Shown here one piece after another: positions 36,257 to 45,796 of a stretch of 64,000 nt of DNA (its first letter is position 1; every line of letters begins with the position of its first letter). Position numbers and translations under genes: made by a program. This stretch comes from a virus, in the IMG/VR virus record IMGVR_UViG_3300027319_000002, positions 12,403 through 76,402 of that record; one strand, given 5' to 3'. The notes beneath the pieces were generated by a model. The model was not told the origin of the DNA. It searched no databases and saw only the letters and a program-made list of their open reading frames with translations.

Positions 36257-36594
36257 TGGCCATATACCCCAACGACTACCCGGAATGGACGACCAAGTAC
36301 GACTACACCACGGTCGTCTACGCCGAGCACATCAACACCCTGCAAGCAGAACTCGTCGACGGCATCCAGCGCACCTTAGGCCTCACCCCCCAGGTGGCGC
36401 GGAACGACCCCGGCAGCATCCCTTATGAGCTGCAGGGCGTGGTCTCCTGGCTCGGCGAGGCTCCCACAGTCGATGACGTTGAGACCATCGCCGACATCAT
36501 CACCGACAGCGGGTCTGCCCGGCACCGGTACAACTACGACGCCGTCCTGGCCGAGCTACGCAAGCGGTGGCCGGACTGGAGCGTGAGAGCATGA
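36256..36594 (+). CDS. virion protein, N-terminal part of paralog 2
   Basis: MAIYPNDY...AEHINTLQAEL...QRTLGLTP..RNDPG; TGATG overlap. Confidence 0.7.
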   Translation: MAIYPNDYPEWTTKYDYTTVVYAEHINTLQAELVDGIQRTLGLTPQVARNDPGSIPYELQGVVSWLGEAPTVDDVETIADIITDSGSARHRYNYDAVLAELRKRWPDWSVRA

Positions 36595-37589
36595 CCCGCC
36601 CCAACCTCGGCGGCGGGTTCCTCTCCGGTGACCCCGCCCAGGTCGCCCGCTGGATCTGCACCGCCGACCGCAACACCCTGCGCCGGGTAGCAGACCGGTT
36701 GCGGGACAAGGCGCGAGACGGCCGCACCCCTACGCGGGATGACGCCTCCAAATGGCTGAATACCGACCCAGGGCGGGATGTGGTGCCCCAGGATCGGCCG
36801 CCCTTGGTCGGTGCCCGCGACCATGAGACCGTCGCCTCCAGGCTGCAGTTCCAGGGGCGGATGCTGCATGTGCCGTATTTCCGCGGCACCGCCTACAACG
36901 TGGAGGTTCCCGCGGCCACCTGGCACCGGGTGAGCTTCACCGCGTATGAAGACCCGTTCAAGATGGCCTCGAGTGCCGGTTTCCGGGTCAACCAGGATGG
37001 ACTATGGACATTCCTGGTGCGAACCGACTGGTCTTATGACCCCGACAACGACACCAGCGGCGCCGCCCGCGCCACCCGGCTCGAGGTCGACGGTGCCGAC
37101 GTCGCCATCCGCGACTACCTCGACGACGACGCCGACACGGTCAAGGACCACTTCAACACCTTCGTGTGGACGGACCAAGTCCGCGCCGGATCACTGATCA
37201 CTGTCTCCATCCGGTGCGAGGGCGTGGCCGCCCACTACACGATGCTGGCCAATGTCTATATCCGCGCCTACCTGGTCCGGTGCGCTGAAGGCGCCTGGGA
37301 CCACTACGCGTTCCCGCCGCCGCCTCCACCGCCGAGCATGGATGACAAAAAGCCGACCCAGCAGCCGATCCGCGGGACCACCATCCACACCCCGGACAAG
37401 CGGAAACCGGTCACCTACAGCAGCTACGACCCCGGGCTGAAGATCAACGCTTGGTGGCCGAACGGAACACCCATGATTGTCCACGGTGATGGGGTGGTCT
37501 ACTACAGCACGGACGGCCAGACGGTCCACTCGGTTCCCTCCGGGGTATGGGCGGGCTTTGAGATCCCCGAGGTTATGACCTTCCTGTAG
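36591..37589 (+). CDS. virion protein, C-terminal part of paralog 2
   Basis: RDHETVASRL...PYFRG...GLW...R.DW...RLEVDG...YLVRC aligns with paralogs 1 and 3; ATGA overlap. Confidence 0.75.
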   Translation: MTRPNLGGGFLSGDPAQVARWICTADRNTLRRVADRLRDKARDGRTPTRDDASKWLNTDPGRDVVPQDRPPLVGARDHETVASRLQFQGRMLHVPYFRGTAYNVEVPAATWHRVSFTAYEDPFKMASSAGFRVNQDGLWTFLVRTDWSYDPDNDTSGAARATRLEVDGADVAIRDYLDDDADTVKDHFNTFVWTDQVRAGSLITVSIRCEGVAAHYTMLANVYIRAYLVRCAEGAWDHYAFPPPPPPPSMDDKKPTQQPIRGTTIHTPDKRKPVTYSSYDPGLKINAWWPNGTPMIVHGDGVVYYSTDGQTVHSVPSGVWAGFEIPEVMTFL

Positions 37590-37597
37590 GTGATGCC

Positions 37598-38851
37598 ATG
37601 GCCTACTACCCAAAGGAGTATCGCCGCTTTACCACCAAGCGGAACTTCACCCAGGTAATCTACGCCAGCCACGTCAACGACCTGCAGGAGGAGCTGTATG
37701 CGACCCAGGTAATCCTCGGCGTCAACCCCCACATCGCCCCCCGCGATCCCGGCTTTCGCGTCCCGGGCTGGGAGCCGCGCAACTACGGCACCGTCGGCGA
37801 CCGCCTCCAGGCCTACCTCCGCGGGGAGCAGCTGCCCTACTACGAGGGAGCGATCGTCAACTACCCGTTGACCCCCGGCAACACCGCGGTCCCGCCGCCG
37901 AACAACCCTGAACCGCCGCAAAACGGCGGAGGAGGGTGCGCTCGCAACGACCGCGGCCTGCAGTGGCTGGTACCGGTGCACTCCCGCTCGCACATGCACA
38001 CCCCAGTGCGGGACTACCTGCGCCGCGTGGGCGGAATCCTCACCCCCATCCCCGGGCTGGATGACGACCACACCGCCCGGTACCGGCGCATCACCACTGG
38101 GCGGTGGAGTCTCACCGAAGACCCGGTACGCGGCCCGCGGTGGGAATGGTGGGCGGGGGAGGAGTGGATCGACGAAGACCACTTCCTCGGCCTACCCCTG
38201 GTGCATGATGAGCAGACCACCGATGACGGGCGGTGGTGGCGGCTGCCAATCCACCCCACCTCCGACCCGTTCATGATGAAGAGCGGGGACGGGCTCGTGC
38301 TATGCGAGACCGGGCTATGGATGGTCTCCCTGCGCGTGGACGGGGTGCCCACCAGTGAGACCCGGGCCGCCCGGGCCCGGCGGCGGGCCCGGCTGGAGAT
38401 CAACGGACAGGACGTGGGCCTGCGCCACCTGGTGCGGGAAAACCAGCACAACGGTGACTTTTTGCACAACTACATCCACTGGGTGGAGGTTCTCCCGGCA
38501 GGGACGACCATCAGTGCTAGCGCCCGCGTCGATGGTGAGGGTCTGACCGCCCCAGTGCCAGTCACCGCCTACCTGAGAGCGCACCTGATCAGGTGCGTGG
38601 ACCACCTCAGTCCCGGCGGTGAACTGGTCGATGCGCCAGCGCCCAGGTACAACCCGCCACCGCCGAGCCCACAGGACCGTCAACCACCGCCGCGCCGTGA
38701 CCCGGACTACGACGATTGCTCGTTTGTCTGGCGCGGGGACATGACGATCACGATTTTCGTTTCCGAGGGTGGAATCGTCACCGGGATTTACCCGTATTGG
38801 GCGGCCCCGCGTGATCCAGGGGTCATGATGCACGTGATTCCGGTTGGGTGA
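37598..38851 (+). CDS. virion protein, paralog 3
   Basis: Same N- and C-terminal modules with a central insertion. Confidence 0.75.
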   Translation: MAYYPKEYRRFTTKRNFTQVIYASHVNDLQEELYATQVILGVNPHIAPRDPGFRVPGWEPRNYGTVGDRLQAYLRGEQLPYYEGAIVNYPLTPGNTAVPPPNNPEPPQNGGGGCARNDRGLQWLVPVHSRSHMHTPVRDYLRRVGGILTPIPGLDDDHTARYRRITTGRWSLTEDPVRGPRWEWWAGEEWIDEDHFLGLPLVHDEQTTDDGRWWRLPIHPTSDPFMMKSGDGLVLCETGLWMVSLRVDGVPTSETRAARARRRARLEINGQDVGLRHLVRENQHNGDFLHNYIHWVEVLPAGTTISASARVDGEGLTAPVPVTAYLRAHLIRCVDHLSPGGELVDAPAPRYNPPPPSPQDRQPPPRRDPDYDDCSFVWRGDMTITIFVSEGGIVTGIYPYWAAPRDPGVMMHVIPVG

Positions 38852-38856
38852 CGTAA

Positions 38857-40845
38857 ATGGCTATTTATCGCGTAGACCAGTACGCCCGAACTTTCTATGG
38901 GCCCAATCCAGATCCCCGGCCGGGCTTTAAGGAGAGCACCTTCACCGCGCACTCGCTCGGCTATGACAAGGTGTTCGTCACGTGGGACCCGCCGCTTGGG
39001 GAGTACACCGGGTTTCGCCTGGTCAAGTCCACCTACGGGTATCCGATTGACGCCGAGGATGGTCAGATCCTCGTTGATACTGCCACCTCACCTGGCAGCT
39101 ATACCGACACCGATGTCATCCCCGGCCAGTTTGTCTATTACGCAATTTTCCTGCTCCTGGACGGGGTGTGGGTGCGGGCCGGAACCGCCTCCACGCTGCA
39201 CATCAAGAACTTCAAAGGATTTGACTTCCTCTACCGGCTGATCCCGCATTTCTACCGGCGCCTGTACGGCAACTACCTGACGATCGACGCCGACACGAAC
39301 CGGGACATGATCCGGCTGATCCGCGCCCTCGGATACGGCGTGGACCGGATGCGCACGTCGCTGAATGCGTCCCTGCTCGCATCCGACATGTACACCACCC
39401 ACATAACCCAGCTGGCCCACATTGCAGCCAGCATCGGCGCGTGGGTGCCCGAGGGGGTACGCCCCTCACAGGCGCGAGCGCTGACGATCGACTCGGCCTA
39501 CCTATCGGCCAACCGCGGCATGCTCCAGGCCATGCGCTCCGCCGCCCGCACCGCCAGCGGGTGGGATGTGCAGCTGCGCGAATCGCACAACCTGATGCCG
39601 TCGCCGGACATGGCGGAGTTCATCCACCCCACCTACCCGGAGTGGGACGCCAGCATCCACTACCGGGTCGGGCAGATCGTCACCACCGACGACTGGCTGT
39701 ACATATGTGTGCAACCTGCCTATGGAATTGACCAGGCGCCGCCCGGTAACGGGTCCAACAACACCTGGTGGAAGGTTTACACCGCCGTTGAAGACCGGAC
39801 CGTTGCCTGGGATGCGGAGCTGCTCACCCAGCACGGGTGGTCCGGCGTCTCCCATACCGGCGCGGTGCCCAGCACCCAGGTCACTCCGAAGATCGCTATT
39901 GGCCTGCCGCACCCCACCGTCGACAGCATCCGTAATATCAACGCTCTGACGATCCACAATAACGGCACACAGACCGCGGACATCTCCGCTTGGTCGCTTC
40001 CGGCCAACCCCACCGGCGACCCGCTGATCCCGATCCAATACGGCATCCCCCTCCCGCTGATTCGCCCCTATGACCGCACCCGCGTCTACCACGCGGGAGA
40101 CATCGTGTCGTGGAGGGGCATGCTGTGGAGGGCCACGCGCACCGTGACCGGCCGGGCGCCGATCTCCGGCAGCACTTACTGGACGCCGATCAGCACCGAT
40201 GAGCGGCTCCCGATCACGGTGTCTGCCTACGTCCACCAGCCGCACTCAGACCCCACCAAGCAGCCGGTCCCGGTGCACCTTTATGTGACCTGGTTCGATG
40301 ACAAGGGCCACGTGATCGGCACCAGCGACACGCGTAACAGCGCCGACCTTGCCAGGGTGGTGGACACCTTCAACGCCTACACCGGCGACCCGCTGGCCCC
40401 ACTGGAAGGGCGCTCCACTGACACCGGGGGCAAGGTTTGGGTCAGCCCGGTGCCCGGATTTCACCGGGACTCCCACCGCGGGGGTGTGGTCCGTCTGGCC
40501 GATGGCGCCGAGCGCGCAATCAGCGTCATCGACTACGGGCAGGCAAATGCCACCGTGGCCGCCACGCTTGTCAGCGGCGCTGACGGCAAGGAGCAGTGCC
40601 TGATCCTGCGGTATTCGGACAACCTCAACTACCTGCGGGCCACCAGGAGCGCGCTGCAGCGCGTCGAAGGCGGGCTGGTGACAACCCTGGTCACCTACGC
40701 CAAGCCCGTTACCGACGGTGACCGGCTCACGGTGCGGGTGGTCGGCACCAACTACCAGGTGATGATCAACGGGCAGCTGGTCGCCACCGCCAGCGACGGC
40801 TTCAACAGCTCGGCGACGCGATTTGGCATCGGTGTGGAGGCGTAA
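38857..40845 (+). CDS. baseplate/tail protein with two CBM5/12-like (chitin-binding type) repeats
   Basis: FN3-like N-terminus; PEWDASIHYRVGQIV...WLY.C and YDRTRVYHAGDIVSWRG..W.A repeats. Confidence 0.75.
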   Translation: MAIYRVDQYARTFYGPNPDPRPGFKESTFTAHSLGYDKVFVTWDPPLGEYTGFRLVKSTYGYPIDAEDGQILVDTATSPGSYTDTDVIPGQFVYYAIFLLLDGVWVRAGTASTLHIKNFKGFDFLYRLIPHFYRRLYGNYLTIDADTNRDMIRLIRALGYGVDRMRTSLNASLLASDMYTTHITQLAHIAASIGAWVPEGVRPSQARALTIDSAYLSANRGMLQAMRSAARTASGWDVQLRESHNLMPSPDMAEFIHPTYPEWDASIHYRVGQIVTTDDWLYICVQPAYGIDQAPPGNGSNNTWWKVYTAVEDRTVAWDAELLTQHGWSGVSHTGAVPSTQVTPKIAIGLPHPTVDSIRNINALTIHNNGTQTADISAWSLPANPTGDPLIPIQYGIPLPLIRPYDRTRVYHAGDIVSWRGMLWRATRTVTGRAPISGSTYWTPISTDERLPITVSAYVHQPHSDPTKQPVPVHLYVTWFDDKGHVIGTSDTRNSADLARVVDTFNAYTGDPLAPLEGRSTDTGGKVWVSPVPGFHRDSHRGGVVRLADGAERAISVIDYGQANATVAATLVSGADGKEQCLILRYSDNLNYLRATRSALQRVEGGLVTTLVTYAKPVTDGDRLTVRVVGTNYQVMINGQLVATASDGFNSSATRFGIGVEA

Positions 40846-43469
40846 TGGCAGTCGATATCACCAACTACATCGCCAACCCAGAACTTCAGGGGGACAACTG
40901 GCGGACCGCCGGTGGGCAGACCTTCAGCGGCGGAACCCTGGACACCGCCGGTGGCACCAGGTACTGGTACTTCTCCGTGGTCGGCGAAAACATCCCTAAC
41001 ACCACCCTGGTGAAGCTGTCGGGGATCAAGCTGCCGCCGACCTCCTCCAGCCGAACCTGGACGTTCAGCTTCGCCGGGCCCAGCCCGAGCGGGCCTGAGA
41101 TTCCACCGCATTGGATATGGGTCAACCACAACGGATCCACCTCCAACCCCACCATCATTGATAGGGTCAACTACGACTCCTCCACCAACCGGTGGTATTT
41201 CACCTTCACCCAGTCGGCGGGCACGACCAGCGTCGACCTGGAATTTGAGCTCTATCACCCTGGTGGCTATGGAATACTCAACTGCCGTATGGGCAAGTTC
41301 CGGCTCGCACCCGGAACGACCAAGACCTACGTCAACGGCACCACCGCAGGCCACACCTGGGCGGGCACCCCGCACGCATCGCTGACCATCCAAGCCAGCC
41401 TTGACCAGCCCTCCCCAATCAACGTCTGGAACTTCTGGCGCTCCCCGCACCCCAGTGGCACCGGCTGGTACGCCTCAAGCCCCAACGCCACCGTCACCAA
41501 CAACACCCAATCGGTGACCGGTGGCCTGTACTGCGGCACCGCGAACACCATCCGATCGATCCTAAGCCCGATCCTGGACGTCACCGGGCTGCAAACCAAC
41601 ACCACCGCGCTACTGTCGCTGGATATCACGGGCATCACCTACTCGGCCGGGACGGCCGCCGACTACCACACCTTCGAGCTGGGCATTGAGCAGTACAACG
41701 CCTCCGGCCAATGGCTGCTGTCCAACAGCTTCAGCATCAACCGATCGATCACCCGGCAGGCCTTCGCCTTCCCCGTCACACCCACCACCGCCCGGATCGA
41801 GCTGGTCTTGCGCGCCGCCGGTAGAGGCAGCGCCAGGTGGCTGAACTTCACCGTCGACAACATCCGCCTTGACGTCCGATCCGATCCCACCTACATCGGC
41901 GGGGACACGCCCGGGTACATGTGGTCCGGCCAGCCGAACGCCTCCACCACCGTCCTCGGCGTGCGGAACCTGCAGGGCTCCGGCGGGATCACCTTCGGCG
42001 GCACCGGCCAGACCCTGATCGCCAACACCCTGCAAGCCGCGGGCGCGATCAGCTTCTCCGGGTCCGCCCAGCCGGACATCTACGGTGTCCTCAAAAGCTC
42101 CGGGCATCTGACCTTCGCAGGCTCGGCGCGGGCCGTGCGCAACGGCAACGCCCACGCCGACGGCGCCATCACCTTCGGCGGGCAGGCGTTGCTGGCCGCA
42201 ATCATCGACGTGGAGGCAAGCGGCAGCATCACCCTCGGTGGACCAACCTCCACCGCCGAGCTGGTCATCGCCTACCCGGCCACTGCCACCGGCTCCATCA
42301 GCTTCGATGGGACCGCCGAGCTGCATCATGTCCCCATCATCGAGGCCAGCGCATCAGGTCAGATGATCTTCGATGGTACGGCCAGCCTCGGCATCGGATT
42401 GCAGCTGTCGGCCAGCGGGCAGATCACCTTCGGTGGCGTGGCCGATCTTCAGGACGCCATCCCCCGCGGCGCGTTCGCCGATTTCGCCATCTACGGGGTG
42501 AGCACATCCGACACCGACCCGCTGATGCTCGGCCGCGGGCCCACCAACGCTGGGATCACCACCGGGGCAGCTGGGCAGCCCTGGGCGCGGGTGTGGGGCG
42601 AGTTTTACGCGCCTGCCGAGCTGGCCAACGCCGCCGGTGAGGTTATCTTTCCTCGCGCCGCCTACGCCGCCATCGGCATCCGCTTCAACGGAGTCGCTCC
42701 CGGTTCATGGCAGGAGATCGCCCAGGTACAGGTGGAGATCACCCCCGACCCGGACAACCCGGGCCCGAGCGACTACATCCGCCCGCAGTTGGTCCGGCCG
42801 ATCGTTATCCCCGACAAGATCAACTACGTTGGTCCGGTCAAGTGGTGGATGGGCGTATGGTTTCCGGACGGCAACATCACCCAAGCCGACGACGAGGCAC
42901 CCTCACCGGTGGCCGAGGACACTTGGCCGGTTCAGACCTTCACCGCCACCGCGCCCAGCACCTCAATGATCGCCGGGTGGGTGGACATGCCACCGCCGGA
43001 AGGCCCCGCGGTCTTCAGCGTCTACATCCGGCTCGGCGACAGCCTACGGGATGCCATGGTCCAGGTGTGCGACCCGGACTGGAACACCCTCGCCTATCGG
43101 ATGGTCACCGAGTTCATACCGGATTCTGCCGGGTGGCGCCGGGTGGCTGTCAGCTATACCCAACCGGACACCCGGGTATTCGTAGTGATCACCCCGGTTC
43201 CTGTGGAACCTCGCACTTTCCCGGAAGAGATCTCGCTGGCCGCGGCACAGCTGGAACAGGGCACCGAGCCAACCCCGTACATGCAGCTTCGGCCGGGGTC
43301 ACGTGAGGACTTCTACTGGCATATGGAAACCAACCCCACCAAGGGCCAGTTCCGGTACCTGCGTATCGATGAGCGTATTCCGCTGCTTGTGCAGGCGCTT
43401 GAAGAATTCGCGCCTAATGACGTCACCGTAGGGGAGCCGGAATTCGGTATCCACCCGCACTTGGAGTAA
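40845..43469 (+). CDS. tail fibre / receptor-binding protein
   Basis: CBM-like domains, repeated A.G.ITFGG units, AAQLEQG..PTPY. Confidence 0.75.
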   Translation: MAVDITNYIANPELQGDNWRTAGGQTFSGGTLDTAGGTRYWYFSVVGENIPNTTLVKLSGIKLPPTSSSRTWTFSFAGPSPSGPEIPPHWIWVNHNGSTSNPTIIDRVNYDSSTNRWYFTFTQSAGTTSVDLEFELYHPGGYGILNCRMGKFRLAPGTTKTYVNGTTAGHTWAGTPHASLTIQASLDQPSPINVWNFWRSPHPSGTGWYASSPNATVTNNTQSVTGGLYCGTANTIRSILSPILDVTGLQTNTTALLSLDITGITYSAGTAADYHTFELGIEQYNASGQWLLSNSFSINRSITRQAFAFPVTPTTARIELVLRAAGRGSARWLNFTVDNIRLDVRSDPTYIGGDTPGYMWSGQPNASTTVLGVRNLQGSGGITFGGTGQTLIANTLQAAGAISFSGSAQPDIYGVLKSSGHLTFAGSARAVRNGNAHADGAITFGGQALLAAIIDVEASGSITLGGPTSTAELVIAYPATATGSISFDGTAELHHVPIIEASASGQMIFDGTASLGIGLQLSASGQITFGGVADLQDAIPRGAFADFAIYGVSTSDTDPLMLGRGPTNAGITTGAAGQPWARVWGEFYAPAELANAAGEVIFPRAAYAAIGIRFNGVAPGSWQEIAQVQVEITPDPDNPGPSDYIRPQLVRPIVIPDKINYVGPVKWWMGVWFPDGNITQADDEAPSPVAEDTWPVQTFTATAPSTSMIAGWVDMPPPEGPAVFSVYIRLGDSLRDAMVQVCDPDWNTLAYRMVTEFIPDSAGWRRVAVSYTQPDTRVFVVITPVPVEPRTFPEEISLAAAQLEQGTEPTPYMQLRPGSREDFYWHMETNPTKGQFRYLRIDERIPLLVQALEEFAPNDVTVGEPEFGIHPHLE

Positions 43470-43560
43470 CTGCTGATTATAAACCCGTGGGGGGATTCAC
43501 GTACCTTCGCCTTAGTGGTCCTGTGACATCGAGGACGTGTATTCCCTCGCGAGGAGACCA

Positions 43561-43878
43561 ATGCTCGAATTCAGCAACCTTCAGCTTGTCGAGCTGGCCA
43601 TCAACGCCCTGCTTCCGCTTATCGTCGGCTTTGTGACCAAGAAGTCGACCCACGGCGGCATCAAGGCGGTGCTGCTTTTGGCCCTGTCCGGGGTCACCAG
43701 CTACCTGACCCTCTACCATGAGGCGCTCACCACCGGGACGGCCTTCGACGCCCAGGCCGTGCTGAAGGAGACCGTTGAGACCTTCATCATCGCCGTGGCC
43801 ACCCACTTTGGTATCTACAAGCCCGCCGGGATGACCGACTGGACCCAGGGCAAGCTCGTCAAGGACCGCACCGAGTGA
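43561..43878 (+). CDS. holin-like membrane protein
   Basis: 2-3 TM segments (LLPLIVGFVTK, KAVLLLALS); GAGGAG RBS. Confidence 0.7.
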   Translation: MLEFSNLQLVELAINALLPLIVGFVTKKSTHGGIKAVLLLALSGVTSYLTLYHEALTTGTAFDAQAVLKETVETFIIAVATHFGIYKPAGMTDWTQGKLVKDRTE

Positions 43879-44165
43879 TGATCCAGCTCGTGCTGGTCGG
43901 AGTGGCGGCGTGGATGGCCTACGAGGCCGTCCGCGCCGCCCTCCCCATCCCCTCACAGATCCAACCGCTCCTTGTGATCGCCGCCTGCTATGGACTGACC
44001 CTCGTCCCGCAGGAGGTGATCATGGCATTGGATTCCGCCGCGGTGGCGGCGCTCGCCCGGCTCATCGTCACCCGGCTGCAATCCCCAAACGTCGACGTCC
44101 TTCCCCGGGGATGGCAGCGTAAAGGCGGCCGTATCCAATCGCCACGGATTCCTGATCTTCCCTGA
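43878..44165 (+). CDS. membrane protein
   Basis: Three hydrophobic segments, TGATG overlap. Confidence 0.65.
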   Translation: MIQLVLVGVAAWMAYEAVRAALPIPSQIQPLLVIAACYGLTLVPQEVIMALDSAAVAALARLIVTRLQSPNVDVLPRGWQRKGGRIQSPRIPDLP

Positions 44166-44273
44166 AATTCCTACTTGGTATTTCTTCCCGCAGTAGGGAT
44201 CCGAACTTGCGCCCACAGTTGGAACGTGGTGGATAATTTGTAGTGCAGATTGCCGCAACCAGAAAGAGGACTG

Positions 44274-45335
44274 GTGTCCACGGAAAATAACTCGATGATT
44301 ATCTTCGCTGTCGCCGGTGGCGGCGAGGTTTCCGAGGACGCGATTGACGATCTCCTGTCCGATTGGCTGGGGATCGACACCGACGAGGAACGTGAATTCC
44401 GCGCCTACCTCCCGGCCGACCGCAAGGCCACCTCAATCACGGTGCAGCGCGTGGCTGAGTGGCTTGTCGACCTCGGCTACGCCTACACCTCGATCGACTC
44501 CGGCCAGCCCGGCCGGGCCGGTCGGATGGTGAACCACAACGCCGAGGACACCATCGAGTGCGACGGCGACATCGTCGCAAAGATCACCGAGGTGCTCCTC
44601 GATGCGCAGAACTGGGGGGATGAGCCCTACCTTCTCCTGGCCTGGGGCGAAGACGCCGAGCAGGCCCCCGATGAGATCACCGCTCAGCTGCTGGACGCCG
44701 CCCTGAAGGCGGGCATCCCCGTCCTGGACCTGTCCATGGGCCTGGAAGACCTCAGCTACGCCGACGACGAGGGCGAGGAAGAGGTCGAGGAAGGCGCCGC
44801 CGAACAGGAGGAGCAGGCCGCAGCCGCCGAGGAGCCGACAATCACCGGTGAGCTGACCGAGGAAGAGGTCGAGCTGACCGAGGATGAGCCCGTGGATGAT
44901 GCCCAGGCCACCCCCGCCCCCGAACCGCAGGAGCAGGTCCCCGACCTTGTGACCACCCTCGGTGAGGTCTACCAGGCGCTGACCGCCCTGGACCGGTTCA
45001 CCTCGGCCATGCGCGGCGAGCCCTACACCCAGAGCCCGCTCACCCTGAACGTCCGTCACCATCTGCGGGCGCTGATGAACGCCTCGGGCCAGCTGGAGCA
45101 GGCCAAGCAGACGGTCATGGAGAGCCTGGCCGAGGCCGAGCGGAAGGCGGAAGAGACCAAGACCCGGGGCAAGCCGCGCGACATCGCCTCCGATGAGGTG
45201 ACCGTGCTCCACGACCCCGAAAAGCGCACCATCCGCCTGCAGGAGGGTCCCGGCCGTCCCCGCCGCGGTGAGGTGCGCCAGAAGATGACCCGCGACGAGT
45301 ACGAGAAGCTCCGGGCCGAGTACGAGGCTGCCTGA
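44274..45335 (+). CDS. highly acidic protein with C-terminal GRPR motif
   Basis: AGAGGA RBS before GTG; Glu/Asp-rich middle; PGRPRRG. Confidence 0.75.
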   Translation: MSTENNSMIIFAVAGGGEVSEDAIDDLLSDWLGIDTDEEREFRAYLPADRKATSITVQRVAEWLVDLGYAYTSIDSGQPGRAGRMVNHNAEDTIECDGDIVAKITEVLLDAQNWGDEPYLLLAWGEDAEQAPDEITAQLLDAALKAGIPVLDLSMGLEDLSYADDEGEEEVEEGAAEQEEQAAAAEEPTITGELTEEEVELTEDEPVDDAQATPAPEPQEQVPDLVTTLGEVYQALTALDRFTSAMRGEPYTQSPLTLNVRHHLRALMNASGQLEQAKQTVMESLAEAERKAEETKTRGKPRDIASDEVTVLHDPEKRTIRLQEGPGRPRRGEVRQKMTRDEYEKLRAEYEAA

Positions 45336-45344
45336 TCAGCAGTA

Positions 45345-45371
45345 GGCCCGGCCGGGGATTCCGGCCGGGCC
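45345..45371 (+). terminator. GC hairpin after the acidic-protein gene
   Basis: GGCCCGGCCGG...CCGGCCGGGCC. Confidence 0.5.
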
Positions 45372-45485
45372 AGACACCACACCACGACTCACATGCAGGG
45401 CTGGGAGCACCTATCGAACGCATTCAACGGTAGCTCACCAGTTATAACCTACAGCAACTCATCAGTTACTAGGAGGATCGGTCAG

Positions 45486-45770
45486 TTGGCCGTCAGCGTG
45501 CTGGTAGACGTGACGAAGCATGCTCCCGGAGACCTGGACGCGCTCGAGCTTGTCGTCTTGACCACCCTGGCCAACTCCGCCGGGGACAACCGCATCACCT
45601 GGGCCAACCCCTACGACCTGCCCATCAACGCCGACCAGGAGAAGGTCGACCGGGCACTGCGCAACCTCTACCAGCGCGGAATCCTCGAAGACCTCCCCGC
45701 CGATAAGGTCCCCCCGCCGCTCCGTAACCGGCCGATACGCCGGATCACCACCGTCGACCGCTGGCAGTGA
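45486..45770 (+). CDS. stand-alone winged-HTH protein, paralog of the initiator N-domain
   Basis: AGGAGG RBS before TTG; aligns with the N-terminus of 45797-46846 (HAP, VL..LA, RGIL, RRITTVD). Confidence 0.7.
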   Translation: MAVSVLVDVTKHAPGDLDALELVVLTTLANSAGDNRITWANPYDLPINADQEKVDRALRNLYQRGILEDLPADKVPPPLRNRPIRRITTVDRWQ

Positions 45771-45796
45771 TCACGGAGCGATAGGGAAGAAGCGTC

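Noticed and set aside
35546-43469. Diversity-generating retroelement acting on tail genes
   Set aside because: No reverse transcriptase and no template/variable repeat pair differing at adenines; the paralogy is only at protein level.
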